Origin: an uncultured Robiginitomaculum sp.
GTDB taxonomy: Bacteria > Pseudomonadota > Alphaproteobacteria > Caulobacterales > Maricaulaceae
DNA: 64,000 bases
Direction of reading: 5' to 3'
Assembly: GCA_938010385.1 (NCBI GenBank)
Contig: CALLVD010000014.1
Location: 18,987-82,986, forward strand
The notes beneath the pieces were generated by a model. That model was not told where the DNA came from, made no database searches, and was given only the letters and a program-made list of their open reading frames with translations. Positions 57,329 through 64,000 of the stretch are shown here, one piece after another (positions within the stretch are counted from its first letter, which is position 1; each line of letters opens with the position of its first letter). The position numbers and the translations under genes were made by a program.

Positions 57329-57904
57329 TCAGATCAAATTTATTAAGGTATCCTCGCCCATATCATCGCGAAGTTTTTGAAGGCCGCGGCGAATACGGCT
57401 TTTAATGGTATGGGTCGGCGTGCCGGTGCGAAGCCCAATCTCGCGGCTGCTCAGGCCGTGAACGACATTTAAGATGATGGCGCGCGACGTCTCTACCGGC
57501 AAATCGTTTAAATACGGGCGAAGCATGCGGCGCAATAAAAATGCTTTGGCATCCGTATCAGAGCGCATCACATCGTCCGCAATAGTGCTGCTCACATCTT
57601 CACCTTTCGGGTGACGTCGGCGCTCGCGAATAACATCAATAGAACGGTTGCGCATAATAACAAGCATCCATGTGAAGGCTTTGCCTTTGCCGGCATCAAA
57701 CAAATTTGCGCTTTTCCAAATCGACAGATAAGCACGTTGCAAAATGTCCCCCGCCATATCGGGGTCGCGGACCATATTGATGACGATGGCATTAAACTTT
57801 GGCGCGGTCAGGCTGTAAAGGCGGGTAAACGCGGCGCGGTCACCTTTGGCCACGCCCTGTAAAAGATTACAAAGATCTTGCTCCAAGCGTTCGCGCTCAC
57901 TCAT
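57329..57904 (-). CDS. ECF sigma factor (SigK-like), intact
   Basis: GDRAAFTRLY, AGDILQ, TWMLVIMRNRSID and TIKSRIRRGL. Confidence 0.93.
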   Translation of the reverse strand: MSERERLEQDLCNLLQGVAKGDRAAFTRLYSLTAPKFNAIVINMVRDPDMAGDILQRAYLSIWKSANLFDAGKGKAFTWMLVIMRNRSIDVIRERRRHPKGEDVSSTIADDVMRSDTDAKAFLLRRMLRPYLNDLPVETSRAIILNVVHGLSSREIGLRTGTPTHTIKSRIRRGLQKLRDDMGEDTLINLI

Positions 57905-58055
57905 ATGCCCCCCTCTGCCACGCTTTTTATATAGCGGCTCCGTACTTTGTTATGGAACAGTTACACATCGCAGCGGGTTTGGTTCCGAAACTCCTCTCTA
58001 TCACGTAAACGTGATAGCGTTGACCGACCTTATTTTCGATAAAATCACTCAAATT

Positions 58056-58084
58056 TGCACCAAGATTATGGTCGCCCGCGTAAC
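58056..58084 (+). promoter_or_regulatory. ECF-type promoter for DUF4331
   Basis: TGCACCAA-N15-CGTAAC. Confidence 0.8.
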
Positions 58085-58171
58085 CGACAGGCAACCGTTT
58101 GCGACCTTGAATTTTTTCGGTGATAAAATCTCGCCTGTCAGGGTTTCCACACATAAAAAAGGAATACCCGG

Positions 58172-59722
58172 ATGAAACAACATCTCTCCCCGAAATATGC
58201 GCCCCGCGGCATTGGCCGAACCGCTATGCTGACCACAGCTATACTGGCAGCGGGCATCGTCACCTTGCCAAGCTTTGCCTCAAGCCATCGCGAAGCGCCC
58301 GGAATTACGGAAACCCCGAAAGTCGACGGCACTGATTTTTATATGTTCAACAGCTATGAAACAGGACGTACAGATTATGTAACTTTCATCGCCAATTATC
58401 AGCCGATTCAAGCGCCTTACGGCGGTCCGAATTATTTTACCATGGACCCGGATGCGCTTTATGAAATTCATATTGATAATGACGGCGACGCCGTTGAAGA
58501 CATCACCTATTCTTTTGATTTTTCCAATACGCTGGTCAACGGCACCGGCGTAACGCTGAATATCGGCGGCCAGGATGTTCCAATTCCGCTGCGCTATGCC
58601 GGCGCAATCGGCGCCAACGATACGGCGGCTCTGGCGGAAAACGAGACTTACACGCTCGAAGTCGTCACCGGCGATCGCCGCTCCGGCGCGCGCACGACGG
58701 TCGGCACATATACAAAGCCGCTGGATAATGTCGGCAACAAAACCATTCCGAATTATGCGGCTTACGCCAATTCATACATCAATGAGATTGCGCTTCCCGG
58801 CTGTTCATTACCGGCTAAAATTTTTGTCGGCCAACGCGCGGATGCTTTCGCGGTTAATCTCGGCGAGATTTTTGACCTTGTAAATCTGGTGCCATTGGAA
58901 GGCGCGATAGAGCAAAGCGATGCCAATAATGAATTGCGCGACGCTAATGTGACTTCCATTGCATTGGAAGTTCCAAAAGTCTGCGTGACCGGAAACGGCA
59001 CCGGCATTATCGGCGCGTGGACAACCGCCAGCCTGCCGCAAGCCTCGCTGCTGGACCCGATTCCGTCTTACGATCAAAAGGAATTGCACGGCGGCGCCTA
59101 TGTTCAGGTCTCGCGCCTGTCTGCGCCACTGGTCAACGAAGTTGTCATCGGTTTGCCTGACAAAAACCTCTTTAACCATTCAGAGCCCAAGGATGACGCT
59201 CAGGCCGCGCTCTATGTGACCAATCCGACCCTGCCGGCCCTGATTGATATATTGTTCCGTGACGCCTTGGGCGCCGAAGACAATATTGCGCCGTCAAACC
59301 TGCCGCGGACCGATTTGGTCGCTGCCTTCCTGACCGGCTTTCCCGGTGTCAACCAACCGGCTGATGTCACAGCGTCTGAAATGATGCGCCTGAACACGGG
59401 CATCGCTGCAACGCCTCAGGGTTCACAAAGCAATCTGGGCGTCGCCGGCAATGATCTGGCGGGCTTCCCGAACGGCCGGCGTCCCGGCGATGACGTTGTC
59501 GATATCGCCCTTCGTGTTGTCATGGGCGCTTTGTGTCACGACATTCCGGTCAACGGCGTACCGACAAACCTCGGCTATTGCACGCCGGAAGACGCCCCGG
59601 TCGGGAATCAGTCGTTTACAGACGGCGCGCCGGTCGATGACGGCGACATGCAGGCGGTTTTCCCATATCTGAACACGCCTTATGCGGGATCACCGAATAA
59701 CGCATCATCGACGGAAGATTAG
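58172..59722 (+). CDS. DUF4331 family secreted protein
   Basis: SSHREAP, DGTDFYMF, GGPNY, PLVNEV, GFPNGRRPGDDVVDI and FPYL motifs. Confidence 0.88.
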   Translation: MKQHLSPKYAPRGIGRTAMLTTAILAAGIVTLPSFASSHREAPGITETPKVDGTDFYMFNSYETGRTDYVTFIANYQPIQAPYGGPNYFTMDPDALYEIHIDNDGDAVEDITYSFDFSNTLVNGTGVTLNIGGQDVPIPLRYAGAIGANDTAALAENETYTLEVVTGDRRSGARTTVGTYTKPLDNVGNKTIPNYAAYANSYINEIALPGCSLPAKIFVGQRADAFAVNLGEIFDLVNLVPLEGAIEQSDANNELRDANVTSIALEVPKVCVTGNGTGIIGAWTTASLPQASLLDPIPSYDQKELHGGAYVQVSRLSAPLVNEVVIGLPDKNLFNHSEPKDDAQAALYVTNPTLPALIDILFRDALGAEDNIAPSNLPRTDLVAAFLTGFPGVNQPADVTASEMMRLNTGIAATPQGSQSNLGVAGNDLAGFPNGRRPGDDVVDIALRVVMGALCHDIPVNGVPTNLGYCTPEDAPVGNQSFTDGAPVDDGDMQAVFPYLNTPYAGSPNNASSTED

Positions 59723-59730
59723 GAGCGGAC

Positions 59731-60057
59731 ATGATACACAAAATATCCCCTCTTAAAATTGTCGTGCTTACGACCTCCGCAGCGTTTCTGGGCGCTTGCG
59801 GCGGAAGCAATGGCAGCAGTAACAGTAACAGCAACTTCACGCCGCCGCCGACGGCCACAGTTCCGCCGCCGGTGGTGACGCCCCCGGTTGTTGATCCGCA
59901 GCCGCCTATGGCTGACGGCACGCCGCAAGGTATGGCCGGCGCCGGCTTTGCGGCCGCCTTCAACCAAGGCGAGTTTGCGGATCCGGTCTCACCGACGCAA
60001 GGCGATATTATCGGGCTCGATAAAACGATTGATCCCTACGACATCCCCAACCCGTAA
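59731..60057 (+). CDS. Small Pro-rich lipoprotein
   Basis: LGAC lipobox, Ser/Asn/Pro linker, conserved-looking tail GAGFAAAFN...DP; AGGAG RBS. Confidence 0.8.
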   Translation: MIHKISPLKIVVLTTSAAFLGACGGSNGSSNSNSNFTPPPTATVPPPVVTPPVVDPQPPMADGTPQGMAGAGFAAAFNQGEFADPVSPTQGDIIGLDKTIDPYDIPNP

Positions 60058-60079
60058 ACGCCGGATTGTGACTCCAAAG

Positions 60080-60112
60080 AAAAGCCGCTGCAGATTTGCA
60101 GCGGCTTTTTTT
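60080..60112. terminator. Bidirectional intrinsic terminator
   Basis: AAAAGCCGCTGCA-GATT-TGCAGCGGCTTTTTTT. Confidence 0.88.
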
Positions 60113-60135
60113 ATTTGAGAATTATGTCTGCCCGG

Positions 60136-60639
60136 CTATTTCGGCGCGGCAAAATCCATCTGAACAACGGAAATCGCATTGATACGCCAGCCGCCGCCGA
60201 CTTGTACAAACAAAAGATCAAAACGGATAGATTGCGGCCGATAATCAAAGCCGCCGCGCAGGCGCAGATTTCCGGATGCGTCCACAGATGGCGGGATGTA
60301 ATAAGCCGGCGTCATCATTATGGCCCGCCCGACATCAACCCGCTGCGCGCGTAAGTTTTCAAAACTCGCCGCCAGGTCTGCCGATGCGTTAGACCTTTGA
60401 AATTGCGGCGATGTCAGCGCGTAAAGCACGCTGTAATCGCCGGTCCGGTTAGCATTATCCAGCGCAACCATCGTGCTCCAAACCAAACGCGCCAAGATGT
60501 TCTCGTCCGGCACGGCAGGCAGATACCGACTTTGCTGCGCGCCGGGCGCAGCAGTTTGCGCGTAAGCAGGGGCGGTATATACAGCGCTTCCGAGACAGCA
60601 GGCCATCACGAGGGCGCTTATTTTTACGATTTTTTTCAT
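60136..60639 (-). CDS. Hypothetical exported protein (possible NTF2-like fold)
   Basis: Signal peptide ending AYA-Q; ANRTGDYSVLY, SPQFQ and GGGWRINAI. Confidence 0.8.
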   Translation of the reverse strand: MKKIVKISALVMACCLGSAVYTAPAYAQTAAPGAQQSRYLPAVPDENILARLVWSTMVALDNANRTGDYSVLYALTSPQFQRSNASADLAASFENLRAQRVDVGRAIMMTPAYYIPPSVDASGNLRLRGGFDYRPQSIRFDLLFVQVGGGWRINAISVVQMDFAAPK

Positions 60640-60732
60640 AACCGAAGCCTCAATCATTATTCATTGTTAAAATTGTAGGCCGCGCCGGGCAGAAGTCCAA
60701 GCGCGCACCGCAGAAACCCACACGCCGCGCGC

Positions 60733-60770
60733 AAAAAAAAGCCCCGGGCAAGAGGATATGCCCGGGGCTT
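60733..60770 (-). terminator. Intrinsic terminator after the adhesin gene
   Basis: GCCCCGGGCA/TGCCCGGGGC stem followed by T8 on the minus strand. Confidence 0.85.
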
Positions 60771-60817
60771 ATATCATCAGCAGTGGGGCTGCTGATTATG
60801 CGGCGACCGTCTTGCTG

Positions 60818-62569
60818 TTACCAGCTGGCCTGAAAACCGGCACGGGCGCCGGTACCGCCATTATCGGCGCCGGCCGTAACCGCGCCGTTAAACTGGAAGT
60901 GCTCGTTTATGCGATAGGCGGCACTGCCGGCAAAAGCTGACTCGTCATCATAGGAGCCAAATCCCCCTGAAATGGCGAAAGTCTGCCCGATCGGAACATA
61001 AGCCGTATCCAGTGCAATAGCCGCAGCGATCCCGGCTCGGTTATCCAAAATGTCTTGGATGTTTTGCGTGATTTGCAGCGAGTTTGTCGTGATGCCCGCG
61101 GCATTGGTAGCGACCGCCGCGCTTGTCAACGCCAGCTGTGCTTGGTTTTGCGCGATAGCATTGGAGTTAACGCCGATGGCCGCGCCATTGGCGGAAATGC
61201 CCATAGCGTTGTTCATGATGGCTGTTGCGTTTTGCGCCTGACCGTTTTGCAGCGTGAAGTCTGCGGCCAGATTACCGTTAGAATCGGTTGTGACCAAGCC
61301 GATAGCTCCGGATTGCGCAGCTGTGCTGGTGCCCGACGTAACGCCCGCCAGCGTATAGGTATTGCTGGCCGTACCGATAGCGATTTGGTTATTGCGCGTT
61401 GTTGTTGCGCCGTTACCGATAGCAGCTGAATTGGCAAATCCTGCGCTGGACTGATTACCGATAGCTGTTGAATTGGCACCGGCCGCATCGGCGGCTTCGC
61501 CGACCGCTAATGAGCGTACGCCGCCCGCATCAGCCAGATGACCGAAAGCCTGCGCCCGCTCGGCATCTGCGACAGAGCGCCAACCGATAGATGTCGATCC
61601 CAGACCGGCTGCATTCGCCTGTCCGCCCACAGCCGTTGCAGAGTTCAGACCGGCATTTGCCAAGTTACCGATGGCAACGGTGTCATTGCTGCCGCCTGCT
61701 GTGGCGGCTTCACCGACGGCCAAAGACCGAACGCCGGAAGCGCTGGCTAAATGACCTAAGGCATGAGCCCGTTCAGCCGTTGCTGAAGAGCGCCAACCAA
61801 AGGCTGTTGCGGCCAAACCGTCTGCGCGGGCTTCGCCGCCGACTGCTGTGGTTGAGTTACCGCGCGCAAAGGATTGCGTACCGAAAGACGTGGCATCAAC
61901 GCCTACAGCGCGCGATTCATTACCGACCGCTGTGGTCTGAACGCCGATTGCGTTAGCCGCTTCGCCGACAGCCGTTGCGCGCTCAAATCTGGCCACCGCC
62001 AAATGGCCGAGCGCATGGGCCCGCTCGCCATTGGCATTGGATTGCCAACCGAAAGCCGTTGCGGCCGTGCCAAAGGCATTGGCTTCACCGCCGATGGCGG
62101 TCGTGCTGTTGCCCTGCGCTGTCGCTTCTGTGCCGACAACAGTGGCGTCGCGCCCGCGGGCAGATGAGAGATTTCCGATAGACGTGGATTCAAATCCTGC
62201 GGCTGTCGCTTCTTCGCCGACAGCGGTAGAGCGCACGCCGGAGGCTTCTGCCAAATGACCGAAAGCCTGTGAACGGCGGCCCGTCGCCTCAGAGCGCCAA
62301 CCGATAGCCGTAGAGCCGGCCGTTGTGGCTGTGCTTTCGCCGCCAATGGCCGTTGTTGAATTGCCTTGAGCGTTAGCCTCTGTGCCGACGGCTGTTGCGT
62401 CAATGCCGTCTGCATTGGCGTTTACGCCGCATTCAAGAGCCGTAACGTTGTCGCCGACGCCGCATGCCGGCAATGCCGTCTGCGCAAAAGCTGCAGGAGC
62501 AGCGGACATAACAGCAATCGCCAGCGCTGCGCCGGAAATTGTGGAATATAAAGACTTGTACGATTTCAT
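60818..62569 (-). CDS. YadA-like trimeric autotransporter adhesin
   Basis: Signal peptide, ~25 14-residue head repeats, Asn-rich coiled-coil stalk, anchor AGIAAAIAL...GFQASW; GAGGA RBS before ATG 62569. Confidence 0.93.
   Translation of the reverse strand: MKSYKSLYSTISGAALAIAVMSAAPAAFAQTALPACGVGDNVTALECGVNANADGIDATAVGTEANAQGNSTTAIGGESTATTAGSTAIGWRSEATGRRSQAFGHLAEASGVRSTAVGEEATAAGFESTSIGNLSSARGRDATVVGTEATAQGNSTTAIGGEANAFGTAATAFGWQSNANGERAHALGHLAVARFERATAVGEAANAIGVQTTAVGNESRAVGVDATSFGTQSFARGNSTTAVGGEARADGLAATAFGWRSSATAERAHALGHLASASGVRSLAVGEAATAGGSNDTVAIGNLANAGLNSATAVGGQANAAGLGSTSIGWRSVADAERAQAFGHLADAGGVRSLAVGEAADAAGANSTAIGNQSSAGFANSAAIGNGATTTRNNQIAIGTASNTYTLAGVTSGTSTAAQSGAIGLVTTDSNGNLAADFTLQNGQAQNATAIMNNAMGISANGAAIGVNSNAIAQNQAQLALTSAAVATNAAGITTNSLQITQNIQDILDNRAGIAAAIALDTAYVPIGQTFAISGGFGSYDDESAFAGSAAYRINEHFQFNGAVTAGADNGGTGARAGFQASW
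61370..62422 (-). repeat. YadA head repeats with an 84-aa (252-bp) higher-order period
   Basis: Trp at residues 91, 175, 259 and 330; rung order GT-GG-GW-GH-GE-GN repeats. Confidence 0.85.
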
Positions 62570-62609
62570 AAGATCCTCTTTTCGTAACTTTAGCAATGAT
62601 GCTTTGACA

Positions 62610-62638
62610 GTTACGGGAGGCATTTGAAATTTGGTGCA
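62610..62638 (-). promoter_or_regulatory. ECF-type promoter for the adhesin
   Basis: Minus strand TGCACCAA-N15-CGTAAC, about 40 nt upstream of the ATG. Confidence 0.8.
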
Positions 62639-62945
62639 AAGCCTTATCGAGCCCTGATTAGTGTCAAAAGCGGATGGAAAATTGTATTCATTACGGCGAA
62701 GGCAATTGCGGCGCCGATAGCCTCTCTGCAGGACCGATAAGGCGGGGCAGGTTTGGGCGTTGTAATCTGAAACCTTACGCCGAAGGATTGGCACCGCGCC
62801 AAACCAAGTCGGATCATGCTGTGACCCCAAAAGAGAAGCGGGATGTGCTTGAGAAAAATAATGCAGTCTTCAAGACAAATCAAACTGAGTGCTGTAAAGC
62901 TTTGCCCACTGATATGATTTAAATTTAATTGGGCGGGTTAGTTTT

Positions 62946-64000
62946 ATGAAAAACCGATTGTGGGCTAAAGCTCTTATTGTTTGCGTGGCAAGTTTAACTG
63001 TGGGATGCGCTCAAACTGAATTTAACAGTCTGCCCCTTGCCCCCGTGTCTGCCTCCGTGCCTGCACCCTTTTCTGCACCCGGCCTTACGGTAGCGGCTGA
63101 CTTCACGAATCCTCAAAATAATATTGGTGAGGTCTTTGACTTTTTTGATGTTTCCGTGAGGACAGAACGGGCTAACCCCAAAGGTGTACCTGCTCATTTC
63201 GGCCGCAGAAAATTAGTGAATACAGTCAGAGCTTTGGGCGGATGGCGCAATCAGGATATCTCAGGTGATACCTATCAATGGGATGGCGCAAAATATATCT
63301 ATAACTTTGATGCCGCTACCGATCGCATTGACGCTTGGCTTGAGAATGACTGGGATATTTTTCAAATTGTATTGGATAACCCACCTTGGGCTTTTCAACG
63401 CGGCTACAAATTTGTCGAGACCCCCAATGGCATTGATTATTTGGCGAAAGACAGAGTCGGCGTTTACGGCAACGGATTGCCTCCAAATGATGCCGCCGCT
63501 TGGAATGCCTATATTCAAGCCTTCATGCAGCACTTGATCAAGACTTACGGTGAAGACACGGTGTTATCTTGGCGGTTTCGGGTCGGGTCTGAAATCGATA
63601 CACGTCCTCAGCATTGGGCGGGAACCCGTCAGCAATTTTTTGATCACTATAAAAATACGGTTGACGCTGTTCACGCCGTACTGCCGTCTGTCGCCATAGG
63701 CGCGCAATTTCGTGAGGCGTCTTTTAAAGGCCGCTACGTCGATTACACAGGGAATAAGGAAAATGCTTACGTTTTACATTTTGTAGAATGGGCAAAGAAA
63801 AATAAGGCTCATTACGACTTTATCGGCATTTCATACTATCCGATTATAGTCAAAGAATCCGATCTGGACCCCGACCATGTCTATGACTTTGATCTCGCCC
63901 CCATTCGGCAACATCCCGACTTTGACTCAAATGCAAGCCTGGAAATTCATGAGTTTAAATTAATATCTAAGATGCAAAAAGGCGGCTTTGTCAGCGTAGC
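62946..64000 (+). CDS. GH39-like (clan GH-A) glycoside hydrolase lipoprotein, runs off the window; absent from the ORF track
   Basis: Open frame translated by hand: MKNRLW...LTVGC; PPNDAAAWNAYIQAFMQHLIKTYGEDTVLSWRFRVGSEID, DFIGISYY, LEIHEF. Confidence 0.8.
   Translation, partial: MKNRLWAKALIVCVASLTVGCAQTEFNSLPLAPVSASVPAPFSAPGLTVAADFTNPQNNIGEVFDFFDVSVRTERANPKGVPAHFGRRKLVNTVRALGGWRNQDISGDTYQWDGAKYIYNFDAATDRIDAWLENDWDIFQIVLDNPPWAFQRGYKFVETPNGIDYLAKDRVGVYGNGLPPNDAAAWNAYIQAFMQHLIKTYGEDTVLSWRFRVGSEIDTRPQHWAGTRQQFFDHYKNTVDAVHAVLPSVAIGAQFREASFKGRYVDYTGNKENAYVLHFVEWAKKNKAHYDFIGISYYPIIVKESDLDPDHVYDFDLAPIRQHPDFDSNASLEIHEFKLISKMQKGGFVSV

Noticed and set aside
61370-62422. Periodic DNA that could be mistaken for a CRISPR or noncoding repeat array
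   Set aside because: The repeats are degenerate, in frame and explained by the adhesin head; there are no identical repeats with spacers and no cas genes.
62570-62830. 87-aa N-terminal extension of the adhesin in the ORF track
   Set aside because: The RBS, signal peptide and ECF promoter all point to ATG 62569.
1-64000. rRNA, tRNA, IS, integrase or prophage genes
   Set aside because: None recognised; intergenic gaps are short and no transposase or phage motifs were seen. Checked by eye only.

Overview
Chromosomal window of an alphaproteobacterium. divL, eipA and the coxB/tldD layout point to the Caulobacterales/Hyphomonadales/Maricaulales group; this placement is inference. The first ~36 kb is reshuffled core genome: a Doc-type toxin-antitoxin pair, carA, yqeY, a BCCT transporter, an acyl-CoA dehydrogenase pair, dapE, eipA, a TonB receptor with two Fur-like boxes, ispG, dapD, the aa3 oxidase operon, tldD, ihfB, mscL, divL, lysA and ald. 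From 36.6 to 52.5 kb is a uronate-scavenging island (kduD/kduI, GH2, manD, kdgK, uxuB, uxaC, GntR regulator, TRAP, GH105, DUF4861) with a repeated operator, followed by a Ktr/Trk pair. The best candidate for an undescribed system is at 55.0-62.6 kb. There, four copies of the ECF-type promoter TGCACCAA-N15-CGTA(A/T)C precede DUF4198, a degenerate pseudo-sigma coupled to an RskA anti-sigma, DUF4331 plus a lipoprotein, and a YadA adhesin with an 84-residue W/H/E/N super-repeat. The intact ECF sigma sits convergently and lacks that promoter. The second candidate is a 228-aa internally deleted paralogue of cytochrome oxidase subunit I between ctaD and ctaB. I saw no rRNA, tRNA, CRISPR array or IS element. 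Family calls come from motif recognition, not database searches.
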